A stretch of 63,773 bases of DNA, filler included, from Octopus bimaculoides (Eukaryota), in assembly GCF_001194135.2 (NCBI RefSeq). It is 5 parts of 5 records of this genome, joined end to end, with 100 filler letters (N's around TTAATTAATTAA, not from the genome) between each part and the next. Parts side by side here need not be neighbours in the genome. Positions count along the whole stretch, not along the records: positions 17,096 to 32,687 come from NC_068989.1; positions 32,788 to 60,614 come from NC_068999.1; 3 more parts are not named here. One strand, written 5' to 3'. Under the pieces are notes generated by a model, which ran no database searches, was not told the origin of the DNA, and saw only the letters and a list, made by a program, of their open reading frames with translations. Within the stretch, counting starts at the first letter, position 1. Every line of letters starts with the position of its first letter. The position numbers and the translations under genes are program-made. Shown one piece after another: positions 22,866-36,225 of the stretch.

Positions 22866-24469
22866 GTCTGCTAGCCCATATATCCATGTTGGACCGCTGA
22901 ACTCAACACTTGTTTTTCATTGTTTTTCTATTTCCACTTATTCCTTTCTGTCGAACGTAGGCACATCATACCGATACCTAAAAGTTGACTGTCGTTCGGG
23001 AGGAACTAGAAGACGCTGACGTTGATCCAAAACCAGCGGATAAACACGAAACGCATACGGAGTGTTCCAATACCGCAAGAACACCATTTTGTACAAAAAT
23101 CCATATATGTATATATATATATATTTCCAAGGTTTCAAATTTGTATGTTTAAAAATGTAGAGACTCTCAACACGACCGATCTATATTCCATTTATTTAAT
23201 TATTTACCATTCGATGTCAACATGTCTGTGCCNNNNNNNNNNCCATTTATTTAATTATTTACCATTCGATGTCAACATGTCTGTGCCCAACTCTATCCAG
23301 CGACTGATCCGTTGGATGTCTGACGTTTGGCACTTCCTCAGGAATGGCTTCCATCAGAACAAATTATGAAAAAACACATTTAACACAATTAACGATCATA
23401 ACAGATTATTAAAATACTTGACTATAACTCCGCCATTCTGCCTTCATTTATTTTGTTTACTATATACAGGGGAAGTAACTCCTTAATCTTTCCAATTGCT
23501 ATCGCTCTCCTGTGAATGTCTACTAGATTAATTTATTTTATTTATTTATTTATTAATTAATTTATTAATTTAATTATTAATTTAGTCTTATGTTATAGTG
23601 GTAGCGATTACGAAATTTACTGGAAAATTATATATATATATATATAAACAAATAGTAAATGAGTATATGCATATATACGTACAGGTATGTGCATACCGAC
23701 ATCCACTTGTATGTATAGGTGCATATCTGGGTACAGGACATTGCAAACAAAACGTAGACGAGAAAACACACAAGCCACATAGAGAACATTCTTCTTCATC
23801 AGCTACCCCCGTTTTAACACCGGCGCTTCGAAGAGCTGGGCAGGACGCATCGCTAAAACGGCTCTTCCCATGGACCGCAAATTAAATTTGTATACACAAA
23901 TTAAACCTTGCCATGGAGGAATGTAGTGGCGGACAAAAAACAAGACAGGTAAACAAACNNNNNNNNNNNNNNNNNNNNNNNNNNNNNNNNNNNNNNNNNN
24001 NNNNNNNNNNNNNNNNNNNNNNNNNNNNNNNNNNNNNNNNNNNNNNNNNNNNNNNNNNNNNNNNNNNNNNNNNNNNNNNNNNNNNNNNNNNNNNNNNNNN
24101 NNNNNNNNNNNNNNNNNNNNNNNNNNNNNNNNNNNNNNNNNNNNNNNNNNNNNNNNNNNNNNNNNNNNNNNNNNNNNNNGTGGTAGAGGGAGAAACAAAG
24201 GGAGGAAGTAGAAGAATAGGTGATCAACGAGAGGAAAAGAGGAAGAGAGGAAGTACGAGGGGGGAAAGGAGATACGTAGTAGTAACAGAGGAAGAACGAG
24301 AGGGGTAAAGAGAGATACGTAGTAGTAAACAGAGGAAGAACGAGAGGGGGGAAAATGAAGAGGAAGAGAAAGAGATAGAGTAGCGTCGGAAAATATAAAG
24401 TTACGAAAACTACTTACAGATTGGTGACGCTGCGTTCGGACGCATATATTCATTTACACTTTCACCTGA

Positions 24470-24690
24470 TCAACGCATTTCACTGCGGCCATGCTGGGGC
24501 ACAGTTTTCATGATTTTGGGGTCGATCAAATTGAGCCGAGTCCTGATTTCGTAAGCCTACTACTTATTCTATCGGAACCTTTTGTCGAACCACTAGCTTA
24601 CGGGGACGTAAACACATAAACACCGGCTGTCTAACGGTGGTGGGTGGTCAAAATTAGATACAAAGACACATACACAAATATCATATATAT
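24470..24690 (-). mobile_element. SINE-A 3' module
   Basis: ctgcggccatgctggggcac...tacttattctatcgg..cttttgtcgaaccactag.ttacggggacgtaaacac. Confidence 0.82.
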
Positions 24691-24706
24691 ACATATAACT
24701 ATAAGC

Positions 24707-25533
24707 GAGAATTTGTCAGGAGACCTTCAGGAAAGCAAAACGACCCACCTCACACGACGAAAACAGTGAAGTTTGGCTGTAAGGGTCTGATGTTTTGGGG
24801 ATACATAACAAGCGACGGTTCAAGAAAGTTGGTTAAAATTGATGGTAACTTGAATTATGCCAAGTACATCCAATTACTGAAGAACAATTTGATAACAGCC
24901 AATGACGAAGGTGAGAATTTTCAGCATGACAGAACTCCATACCACTGATCGCGTCCAACACAACAGAGTTTGACTGATGAAGGTGTTACCGTATTGAAGG
25001 ATTGGCTAGCTCAGAGACGTGACTTAAATATCATCGAGCAAATGTAGGCAAAACTAAAGAGAAGGGTTCGTCACAAGAATCTACGCAACCTTGAAGAGTT
25101 GTGGGACATCAGCCACAGAGAATGTTTTCTCATACCTGTGAAGGATGTGTACGCATCTCTTCCCAGGCGCATTGAAGCAATTATTCAAGCTAAAGGAAGC
25201 CACACGAAATATTAACAATGTACAGTAACCTCTTGAAAGGAACATTATGTAACAAATTTTCATTATAGACATTTTTGTTTTAAAACACTCTATCTTGGTT
25301 GGTTTATGTGATGTGGCCGAAAACTTTTGCGTGACCATTTTTGTTGGTCGTCTCCAATCGTCCCCTTTCATTCAGAACCTCTACTACAAAATATAATGAT
25401 TAGATATAGAAATGGCTCCACCAGGGCCAATGCTTCATCTGTAAAAGACGCAATGCCAAACATACAATTATAAGTTAGCATTTAGTAGAAATTTAGAATA
25501 GTTTAAAGTGGCCGAAGATTTTGCACGGTACTG
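24707..25533 (+). mobile_element. 5'-truncated Tc1-like element, DD35E spacing
   Basis: KTVKFGCKGLMFWGYI...FQHDRTPYH*SRPTQQSLTDEGVTVLKDWLAQRRDLNIIEQM...LPRRIEAIIQAKGSHTKY*; 35 codons separate D and E. The right TIR reverse complement is CAGTACCGTGCAAAA followed by TA at 25534-35. Confidence 0.88.
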
Positions 25534-26782
25534 TAGATACCAGCTTCGAATTGATAAGTAGTGACGAGTGAAAATTGTATTGACTCCAGATAGCAATCTA
25601 ATATTGCGGTATATAAGCCTTCGGCGGAAAACGGGTGTTAGTGCGTATAGAAATTTAACCCACCCTTTTTATATTCCCGATATGTGTCCTAAGCCATTGC
25701 GCCAACCTACCACCCATTCCATTCCGTTAGATTTAACTGCTATGATTTCATCACCTAGATATAATCGCTTAGCACATTTATCGAAATCATAAAGAGCGTG
25801 AGTTCGATCCCCATGCGTCTAATATCCACTTCTATTTCGTCGAGGGCTTATATGCCCCAATAGTAGACTCCTCTCTTAAGGCGCTTATAAGCTGTAAGCT
25901 TAGATTCCTTGTTATAATATAGTGAATGTATATTTGTATATGTATATGTATACATTCCTGTGTGCATGTAAATATGTGTGTGTATGTATCCATACATACG
26001 TTTTTGTTTGTGAGTTTAAAAAAAGTACTGTACTATCAAGAATTTATTTCAATGCAACCATTCTCAGTTTTGCTGTACTTAGATTAACTCAGTTGCCAAA
26101 TAGTTACAAGGTCAAAATAAAATGAGTTCGTTCCTAAGAATATATTTTAATTTATAGAGTAAACATCGAGGAAGCTGAATTAAAAATCTATTAATAAAAT
26201 GAACAATTATACATCTGTTTTGCTTCCAAAAACATTACAAATACAACTTGGGAACTTTATTAATAACCTTTAACGGTAAAAATCTTACGATGTCTGCACC
26301 AAATAGTTTTGATGAGAATTTAGCCAAGTATATATTTTGCCTTAGAACAGGGTAACAATTATATTTTTATGCAACGTTAATCAGATGATTCATAGCATAC
26401 GAAGTTAAGGTTACCTTTCAATTCATTTATAATTTTTTATAAAATGCTTATTCCCCTCAGCCACTTCTTAGCTGCTTGAAATAACTCCGTCTTTATTACA
26501 AACACATACCCACAATATGTGTTTGTGTGGGCGTGTGTAATGTGTGTGTGTATGTCTGTGTATGTGCATGTATTAGTGTGTCCGTGTTTATGTATATATA
26601 TATATATGTTTATGTATATATATATATATGTTTATGCATATATATATATATGTTTATGTATATGTATTTAGATGTATATGTCTATATGTGTGTATAAGCA
26701 TGAATATGTATGTAAACATTTATGTATGTATGTATTTATGATTATTTGCGTGCGTGTGTGTGTTTGTGTGCGTGTGTGTATA

Positions 26783-28060
26783 CAGGGGTCGGAAAAATAA
26801 TGGAAACACGTTACAATTTCAAACAAGTTTATTTTTAATAAGGGGTAGGACCGTATTGGCACTAATTACAGCTTGAATTCTACGAGGTATAGACTCGTAC
26901 AAAGTTTGAATTGTTTCCAAGGGAATGTATGTTCATTTTTCAGCTAAAACAGTCTCCAGTTCTTGTAGTGATGATGGTGGAGGATATCGACTCCTTACTT
27001 ATTTTTCTAAAATGTGCCATAAATGTTCAATAATATTGAGATCTGCGGACTGTGGTGGCCAGATAAGATGTTTAACTTCACTAGAATGTTCCTCGTGCCA
27101 TTCAGTAACACCTTTAGCTGTGTGAATGGTGCATTATCATCATGAAAGACTGCGTTTCCTTCCGGAAACAGTTCCGCAACCATAGGATTAATTTTAATCA
27201 GATAAAATGATTAAATAGTCTTGACTATTAATTCTGCCATGAAGGAAAAGCATTGGGCTGGCGGATATTTTAGATATAGCCCCCACGCCCAGATTATCAC
27301 ATATCCTCCTCCATGTTTAACAGTTGTAAGAAGGCAGTCTGGGTCAATTTTTTCTTTTGGCTGTCTCCACACGTATACTGGGCCGGTGGTCGGAAATAAG
27401 GTAAAGGATGACTCGTCCGAGAAAATAGCATGCTTCCATTGCTCTAGGGACCAATTCTATAGGATTGTTTTACTCCACTCTAAGCGCTTTGGAAAGTTTG
27501 TTTTTGAAAGTAATGGCTTTCTGATTGCAGCCCACCCGTGAAATCCGGCTTTGTGCAGCTCCTGGCGAACGGTGTTTGTGGAAACCGGGTTCTCGAGGTG
27601 GTCATTAAAGTCTGCAGTAAATTTTGGAGCCGTAATTTTGGGATCCTTTCTAACAATTCGTGTAAGATTCCGACGGTCCTTATCTGAAAGTTTTGGTTTC
27701 TTGCTGAGTTTTGTTTCGACGTGGAGGTTTTTCCCTCTTTCTCAAAGTCTGTCATTACTTTCGAGACAGTACTTCTTGATACACCAAACATTTAGTCTGT
27801 TTTCTTTACGCTAACGCCTGTCATACGAGTACAAACAATTTGACTTCTTTGAAAATCCGATAGATCTGTCATTTTAATGAATTTTAATTACCCTCTTCTG
27901 ATGATATCTGAAAAAAACCCAGCAACTTTAGCAATACGTATTAAGGAGCACAAATAATAAATGAAAGCATAAAAATAAACAAGCTTTTGACGGTTTTATA
28001 GGTATTTCAAAACTATGATGCTATGATGCTAGATGTTTCCATTATTTTGTCCAAACCCTG
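26783..28060 (-). mobile_element. Full-length but mutated Tc1-like element, DD36E (Incomer-type) spacing
   Basis: TA flanks both ends. ~26-bp TIRs CAGGG(G/T)T(C/T)GGA(C)AAAATAATGGAAACA. Transposase relic ~27872-26835: MTDLSDFQRSQIV...FSDES...DDNAP[I]HTAKGVTEWHEEHSSEVKHLIWPPQSADLNIIEHLW, with 36 residues after repairing one 1-nt deletion. Several stops and frameshifts. Confidence 0.93.
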
Positions 28061-28124
28061 TATCTGTTTGTGTCCATTTGTGTGTGTAATTACAGCATAC
28101 CCTTGAGAAATGTCTACAAATTTC

Positions 28125-28328
28125 AATGAAACGTTAGCACGCCAGGGGAAATACTTGGGATAATTTCGTCTGTCTTAACGTTCTGAGTTCAAATTCCGCC
28201 GAGGTCGAGTTTGCCTTTCAACCTTTCGGTGTCGATAAATTAAGTACCAGTTGTCCGCTGGGGTCTATCTAATCGACTAGCGTCCTCCCCCAAAATTTCC
28301 GGCCTTGTGCCTAGAGTAGAAAAGAATA
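28125..28328 (+). mobile_element. SINE-B
   Basis: gaaacgttagcacgcc...gagttcaaattccgccgaggtcgagtttgcc...ggccttgtgcctagagtagaaaagaata. Confidence 0.9.
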
Positions 28329-28389
28329 ATTCTAAAATTCTTCTTTCAATCTTTAATAGAATTTCAAATAGATTTTAACTTGCTTCTTA

Positions 28390-29400
28390 ACTCCTGTTTC
28401 CAAATTGAAGATCGTTCTGGACTAGACACTGGTCTAGATACTAGACATTAGAATCGTAAGTATCAAGAAACATTTCGTTCGTTATTTGTGCGCATTTTGG
28501 TTCAACTGCTGTCTTCAATTCGTTGACTATTACTTGTTAGTTTTGTGCTGTAAAAGTTGTCCTTGAAATATCCCAATTGAAACAATCTATTGGCTTGAGT
28601 ACTGGTAAATGCAAAGTGTATTCAACTGAACTTCTTTGTGCAATCCACCTTGTTAGCAAACCCTTATCAATATAGGCCGTTACAATGTGATGCCAATGTG
28701 AGAGTGACCCATCTTGTTGCAAATACAACTCCACATTTTCAATGTTTTGTTAAATGTTTAGCATATTAGAATGTCGTAGTTTAGTTTTAAAAATTGGTCT
28801 AGTTAATATTTTTGATTTTAAACCACATCTTTTTGTAATTTCTGGTGAATTAATATGATTTTTATCCGTAATATATGGTTTCTCAGGTTCACAATTCTAT
28901 CTGATATTCGAGGCGTTCAATTTAAATGTGGGAAGTGGGAATCTTCTACACATCTTAGCACGTGTCACTCGCAAAATTCCACGTTTTGGTCTGAATTATC
29001 TTCACTGAGAACAGCGACGATTCGTGAACTGCAACTTTTTTAATGACAAGAGCTTTAAAATGCGATGACCGCTTGTTTTTGAAATTCCTATTTCCGGACT
29101 CGCTTGCCCACCAGATTTTCAGGAACTATAGCAATACGTTTGCTGCTCTAATTCTATCTTTCTGGGATTCGTCTTGTGACTGTTTTCCCGGAACATTATT
29201 TGTCAACATTCTGAAAACTTGGGTCTGCCTCAAGCTTATCTCTAATTAGATAAATTCTAATTCACGTACTTTGATCTCTTTCGAAGTTTCCCCAAGATTG
29301 TTTTTGTACTTCGACTGCGTTTTCAAATTGCCAGTAGCAGCTTAGGTTAAGTTTCATTCGCTCAGGCTCTCTTCATTGCTTCTCCTGTCTTAAAACTAAA
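28390..29400 (-). mobile_element. Decayed Tc1/mariner transposase, DD41D (rosa/Visitor-type)
   Basis: N-terminal LSCYWQFENAVEVQKQ, IRDKLEAD, GISKTSGHRILK and EDNSDQNVEFCE*. ORF 28734-28537 QQDGSLSHWHH...RWIAQRSSVEY..HLPVLKPIDCF has 41 residues between the Ds. No TIRs found. Confidence 0.8.
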
Positions 29401-29569
29401 ATGACATGGAAATTCAATGAGTTATCAGCTCTTACATGAGCATGTATTTTTCGGTGGAAATATCTTGCATATATATGATATATTTGTGACTGTATGATCG
29501 TGTGCGAATGTTTATATGTGTATATGTATACGAATAGCAGTATGTATAGAAGCACGTTTCTTGAATCAA

Positions 29570-30008
29570 TTTTACTCTTTTACACGTTTCAGTCAATTGA
29601 CTACAGCCTTGCTGGAACACCGCCTTCATTCAAATAGAGCGACCCAAGGACTTATTCTTTGTAGATCTAGTACTTATTTACTTATTCAATCGGTCCCTTT
29701 TGCCAAACCACTAAGTTGAGGGGACATAAACAGACCAACATCGGTTGTCAAGTGATAGTGGTGGGACAAGCACAGACAAGAAAACACACACACACATACA
29801 CACATACATATATATACATATGTATGCATATAAATATACACGACGGGCTTCTTTCAGTTTCCGTTTACCGAATCTACTCTCAAGGCTTGAAACGGTCCAA
29901 GGTTATAGCAGAAGACACTTTCCCAATCAATGTACCACGCAATGGGAGTGAACCCAGAATCATGTGGTTGGGAAGTAAGCTTCATACCACACAATCATGC
30001 CTGCGCCT
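29570..30008 (-). mobile_element. SINE-A, full length
   Basis: 3' module, internal (CA)/(TA) tract at 29780-29840, and head. Confidence 0.9.
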
Positions 30009-31590
30009 AATATTCATCTTTCTCGGGTAATACTCAGCCCAAATACAATTTTGTTGGTTAAAATTTGAAATAGAACTGGAATTGTTATTTCTACCATTCA
30101 ACGATTAACGTCACTTCACAGATTTTAGTTATCTTTCTAAATTTTGTAAATTATTTCCCTTGGTTAGTTTTTAGTAATCTTCGTTAACGTATATCTCTTT
30201 AAAAATTCTATTTTTAATATTTACAAATTATTTTCGACTTGAGTACTATAGCTTGGTTTTTTTTCATAGATGTACACAAAAAGGACAAACGAGTACATTC
30301 CGGGTATTGGCTCTATGGAGCCTATCTATATTACATTGGCTGTAAAATTTTTTACTGTTGTGTAGGTACACATCTATTATAATTTTCGGCTAGTTTTCAA
30401 GTCATCTTATTGTTCATCGATAGCTTATCTAAGAATAGATTATCCAAGGTGACATTTATTTCAGGTATTAGCATGTTGATTACGTGATATATTACATCTC
30501 CGAGTCGCCTCGTTCTAGACTCATCGAAGTTTGGATATAAAATGTATGGCAGGAACATGCGAAAAGTATTCATCTTGAGCAGAAGAGAAATTTGCGCCTA
30601 ACAATTTGTTTTATTTGCATCAATGTTTGATACTTATATTTTAGCGGACACTCGTTGTTATTTAAGTATTCTATTTTTAATATATTTACTGTTCCCTATT
30701 TTCACAAAAAAACCCCAAAAAACAGAGTTATCGACCACATCTAAAAGAGTCACATTTAATTGTGTGGTTCGTTTAAATGTGGACGAGCTCAAGGAGAATA
30801 ATAAGACGCTAATATTTATGGGAATATATTTTGTCATGTAAAGAGAATGATTAAATAAAAAACAGTTATATAATTTTACATACATATNNNNNNNNNNNNN
30901 NNNNNNNNNNNNNNNNNNNNNNNNNNNNNNNNNNNNNNNNNNNNNNNNNNNNNNNNNNNNNNNNNNNNNNNNNNNNNNNNNNNNNNNNNNNNNNNNNNNN
31001 NNNNNNNNNNNNNNNNNNNNNNNNNNNNNNNNNNNNNNNNNNNNNNNNNNNNNNNNNNNNNNNNNNNNNNNNNNNNNNNNNNNNNNNNNNNNNNNNNNNN
31101 NNNNNNNNNNNNNNNNNNNNNNNNNNNNNNNNNNNNNNNNNNNNNNNNNNNNNNNNNNNNNNNNNNNNNNNNNNNNNNNNNNNNNNNNNNNNNNNNNNNN
31201 NNNNNNNNNNNNNNNNNNNNNNNNNNNNNNNNNNNNNNNNNNNNNNNNNNNNNNNNNNNNNNNNNNNNNNNNNNNNNNNNNNNNNNNNNNNNNNNNNNNN
31301 NNNNNNNNNNNNNNNNNNNNNNNNNNNNNNNNNNNNNNNNNNNNNNNNNNNNNNNNNNNNNNNNNNNNNNNNNNNNNNNNNNNNNNNNNNNNNNNNNNNN
31401 NNNNNNNNNNNNNNNNNNNNNNNNNNNNNNNNNNNNNNNNNNNNNNNNNNNNNNNNNNNNNNNNNNNNNNNNNNNNNNNNNNNNNNNNNNNNNNNNNNNN
31501 NNNNNNNNNNNNNNNNNNNNNNNNNNNNNNNNNNNNNNNNNNNNNNNNNNNNNNNNNNNNNNNNNNNNNNNNNNNNNNNNNNNNNNNNNN

Positions 31591-31635
<45 letters not shown>

Positions 31636-32787
31636 ATATGTATATGCATAAACATCCATATATCCAATATATGTGCGTGTATAAGTATATATCTATATAT
31701 AGACATGCACAAACACAGACTTAAATACATACATATACGTGTGTATGTGTGTATGGATGTCAGTGTGTATATGTGTGCGTGTATATCTATGTATCTATAT
31801 GAGGCAGCTTTACGCAGACAAAGAATACCAAAATACTTTCATCTTTTAAATATTTGAATTCGATTGCATATCACTTGTTGAAGTTTTGGTTTGCTAGTAT
31901 GTACTTTCATTCTTTCTTAATAAACACGCTTCCAAATCACTCGGGGTGAAAATTTCGTTTAAGAAGGACTTCCATTCTTAAAAAAAAAGAGAAAAGAAAA
32001 AAGAAACGAGAAAGGAAAACAACTACAAAGTAATCGTCATTTGTATACTGGATCCTAATTAGGATTTCTTTCTTGCTTCCACACACCAAAGTAGGATACA
32101 TTTCAAATGAATGACTTATCGGAATTGATATTCTTCAACAACAAAACATACGACGAATTCAAATACTGAAATTTCTTTATAAAATACTACTGAAAATTCT
32201 CTTTGTTACTTTCTGCTTTGTATAAATACCTGTTCGATGTGGATGTCGTGTCACGACAGATGAAAAAAAAAATATCGAATCACCATTTATTATTTTTACG
32301 AATATTATTATGAAATATACCTTACATATTCCAGTTATATCTTTCTATGCAACTCTGTATACGTCGATTCTTTGTATTTAAGACTTTTTATCTTGTAGAA
32401 GGTGTTTCCTACTGTCATATTTATGCAAACGACACGACCCGAAATGTGAATTTTTTCATATTTAATTCATATGTATATCAAAAGTGCTTTTTGTTCTTGA
32501 GGTTCTCCTCACAAGAATTAGTTTTGATGATGATATTGACATTTAAGGCGGTAGTTTTCTTCGAAATAAATCATTTTCCATATGTATGACTCTTTTGTCA
32601 GACTTGGTGGTGTTGGAAACGTTTTCTTAGAAATAAAGAAACAAAGATTGTAAATGCTTATGTTTATATATATATATATATATATATNNNNNNNNNNNNN
32701 NNNNNNNNNNNNNNNNNNNNNNNNNNNNNNNTTAATTAATTAANNNNNNNNNNNNNNNNNNNNNNNNNNNNNNNNNNNNNNNNNNNN

Positions 32788-32887
32788 AATACAGTAAACA
32801 TAAGAGCACCACAGCACATACCCAAGGCGCACAGAGCTGCGCTCGGTAGTGAAGTGAAAGCACGTTATAAAAATAAAACTACTGAAC
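32788..32887 (+). mobile_element. Probable 3' end of an R4/Dong-type LINE
   Basis: Non-microsatellite 100 nt (ATA CAG TAA then ...cacatacccaaggcgcacagagctgcgctcggtagtgaagtgaaagcacgttataaaaataaaactactgaa) running straight into (TAA)n. The family assignment is from recall and by analogy with 51525-51600; upstream is a gap. Confidence 0.5.
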
Positions 32888-32999
<112 letters not shown>

Positions 33000-33205
33000 C
33001 TTTCTACTATATGTCGGCGTTATGGAATCAAAACTGTTGACAAGTAATAGAAGCATCACCCTGAGATTGTAACTAGAGGAGAAATGTAAAGATGGGATGG
33101 TCGATTACATCGACTCCAGTACGTAAATGGTACTTATTTCATCGACCCCGAAGGGTTAAATGTAAAAGTCGACCACAGCAGAATTTTAACTCAGACTGTT
33201 GAATA
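33000..33205 (-). mobile_element. SINE-B, antisense, tail abutting the (TAA)n array
   Basis: tctttctact...ggtcgattacatcgactccagtac...ggtacttatttcatcgaccccgaagg...aaagtcgacc.cagcagaattt.aactcag. Confidence 0.8.
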
Positions 33206-34759
33206 GAGACGAAATTCCTTATAATGATAATACTCATGATGATCATGATGATGATATCAATGTAGATGTAAATGGCCAGTCTGTAAAAGAATGGGATGCA
33301 AAGGAAATGATGGCAAATATACACTCGGTAGTGTATGAAGTATATGTGTATGGCTGAATATTGCTGGTGATTACACATCGTGTGCAAATTGTATTGATGT
33401 ATTTATGACAAGGTTAGTATCGAGACCGCTAAGTAATTTACTTAATTATTAATGGGCTAGGATCACTACATAATTACTATGGTTAAAAGGATCTCACTGA
33501 GTCGTTAGAAATAACACATTGAATGGAGTGAAGACATAAGTGGGAATCATTAATAATTATAACAAATTTTAGGATTCTAGGAAACATTGCTACGTTTTAT
33601 CAATTTATATTTTATGTAGTAGATATATTGTAGTAACTATGTAACTAACTATAAAAGTAGTTACATGTTGGTAATTTCGGCTCATTTTTGGTCTCTATTT
33701 TCTGGTTCAAATTCAGTGAATTTGTGTTGTTTTGGATTAGATTTTGCATAAACATTAACGTTAACTATAAATTGTATATGGGCCAAATTCTTCTACTTAA
33801 GTAGTTGCGAGGCTTAATAAATTGTGAATCCTGGTATGGTTTACGTAGATTAAATATCCGTAAGCTATTTGGGTTATTGACCTAAGAGAGGTAATTATTA
33901 TTGAGTAAATGCATAAGACAAAGTCGGGTGATTTTAGTAGTAGTTGAAAAATTCAGGTAAGTTAAAATGTAGTAATGTAATATAAAATAAGATGTGATGC
34001 ATAACATATTATATTACAGCATAGTACGGTATAAAGTACAAAGTAAAAATGATTGAAGCGCAGCATGAAAATTGAAAAGGGTTATGTATAAGACTTAGAA
34101 ACACATGCATGTATGTGTATGTGTGTGTATGTGCGTGTGTTTGTGTGTGTGTGTTTGTGTGTGTGCGTGTGTGTGTGTATGTGTGTGTGTGTGTGTGTGT
34201 TGAGTGTTGATAGATAGATTTACAGAGACATACAAACAGACCAACAGAGACAAAGCTTTGGAACCCCATTCAATTGATGCAGACTTGAAATCATAAGAAA
34301 AACTCATATTTCATTGAAGAATTTAATATGAAATTCAAAGAAGGGCTGACCTCAAATAGCCCGTGTTGTTAAAGAAGTAAACAAATATGAGTATATGTGT
34401 ATGAGAGAGAGAATGTACGTTTGTGTGTATGTGTGTGTGTATACCCCTGTGTATACTTACAAATATGCGCATGCGTATATGGCGTTAGCATGGGTAAGAC
34501 AGCCAAACTCAAGGTTACTGCAAACTTTACATTTACTGCAACTAATCCATTTTCTTCCGCATGCAATATACCTTTAATCGTCAACTTGGGTGCAAAACAT
34601 TTCTCAGAAAACAGAGACTTTGTGAATCTGTTAACGTTAAAATCTATGCACTATCTGTTTCACTTTAAATCTGGTGGTCTACATAGAGACACTTGCTAAT
34701 AGGTTCTACGAAACTAACTCACAAATTACTGACTGTTCTTGAAAGACTGTTAGCGATGT

Positions 34760-35520
34760 AAAAATAGTTGAATCTTCGGGCATCACCTTTAAATTAATAG
34801 AAATGCCAACCCTCTCAATAAACATGGAACATTTCGAATATAGCCACAAATTTGTTAACTACGTTAAGTGCATTCGAATCAACCTTGTAAAGAATATTTC
34901 ATTAAGGGTATTCTCATTACCAAGTGCTTAAACAAAATTCAGAATATTATAATGAAAACCTTAGAACATTCTTGTTCACAGAACTTGATAAATATCACCT
35001 GCATACACAAAACTCATTTTCCAAACCATCAAAAAAGACATGTGGTTTGCTCCGATCTACAATATTCTGAAATTACAAATACCTACAGCAACATATTCAA
35101 GTTATTAAGCCAAAAATATTCAAATAATCGCAAATATTGTCGACTTTGGTAAACAATACCAGAATATTCTACTCTATCACTCACAAATTTACTCAATAAT
35201 AATTACTTTTAGTTTAACAATCTTTTCTTCTAATAATAGTTTAATAATAGTATTAAATACTCACAACGAAGACGAAACACACCAATCTCAACAAATGCCT
35301 TTCCCTAGGAAGTAACCAAGCAAAAGGACTAGTGTTCTATGTTCCCGTTAAAACAATTCATTTACCTCAACACGCCACTAACTACCAACTCTTAGTATAA
35401 AATTATGTAATCATATTTCATATTCATTCGCCAACACTACCAGAATATCTTGCAAATAAACTGGAACATGATTTGACTCACAAAGTCATGTACGTATAAG
35501 AAAAAGCAGCCAACTTTGTA
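34760..35520 (+). mobile_element. Decayed Penelope-like element (RT C-terminus/linker)
   Basis: Fragments GITFKL, YSHKFVNYVKCIRIN, MWFAPIY and TNTYSNIFKLLSQK resemble the PLE motifs (DVTFNL, Y.KPN...YIN..SNHP, WFNPPF...TNIGK.FFKLL). Heavily broken. Confidence 0.45.
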
Positions 35521-36011
35521 CATTAGAATGATGTGATTTTTCTTCCAAAAGCCAATCACATACCCCCGAACTAAACTTGCCTTTCAGGCGTATAGTATTC
35601 TTCCCGGGCTGTAAATGTATTCAGTACATTACAATTATTATTATCTTTAATTGTTCAGTCTCTATGTCCTGGAAAGTCACAAAGAATCGTTACATTTTCT
35701 CCGTGAGTTACAGCCTTAGTATGGTGCTTGTGCCATTTGGAAACAGTTTTAATTTTATAATGTCGATATATTAACCATTGTAGGTATTGGCCAACTCTGT
35801 TACGTCTTGATTTATACTCCACAAATGTAAAACAATTTATATACAGTGATTAAGAGGTACATTGCTTCAATTTCATCAATGCAGAATCGGCACTTCAGGT
35901 CTACTCAATTTTCATTAGATTGGCATGGTAATTACCGGTCAATAAGCTTTGATCTTGAGCAGCTAATATGAAACCTTCTCTCTCTACTTTTAACCATTGT
36001 TATTATTATTA

Positions 36012-36225
36012 TGAAAGCAGCGAACTGGCTTGCCGGGAGAAATGTTTAGCAGTATTTCGTCTGTGGGTACGTTCTGAGTTCAAATTCCGCCGAGGTGGAC
36101 TATACCTTACATCCCTTCGGGGTTGATTATATAAGTACCAATTACAAGTAGGGGTCGATGTAATTTAACTTAATCCCTTCCTCCAAATTTCAGGCCATGT
36201 GTCTAAAGAAGAAAGTGTTATTATT
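36012..36225 (+). mobile_element. SINE-B with (TTA)/(ATC) tail
   Basis: Head, B box gagttcaaattcc, central domain and tail aagaagaaagtgttattatta; preceded by (TTA)n. Confidence 0.85.

Noticed and set aside
23010-23070. GAAACGCATA preceded by CTGACG, hammerhead-like
   Set aside because: The core reads CTGACGT and helix I has only 2 bp; too degenerate to claim.
23188-23287. Perfect 45-nt direct repeat
   Set aside because: The copies flank a 10-N gap, the signature of overlapping contig ends.
23795-23880. AAGAGC/GCTCTT stem followed by CGAAGCG on the minus strand
   Set aside because: No CUGANGA precedes the stem.
24240-24360. ~43-nt purine-rich tandem duplication
   Set aside because: Two units in low-complexity GA-rich DNA; ordinary slippage, not a spacer-repeat array.
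33900-33965. Strong donor-like CAG|GTAAGT (similar ones at 17275 and, on the minus strand, 36536)
   Set aside because: No adequate upstream acceptor with a plausible open exon.
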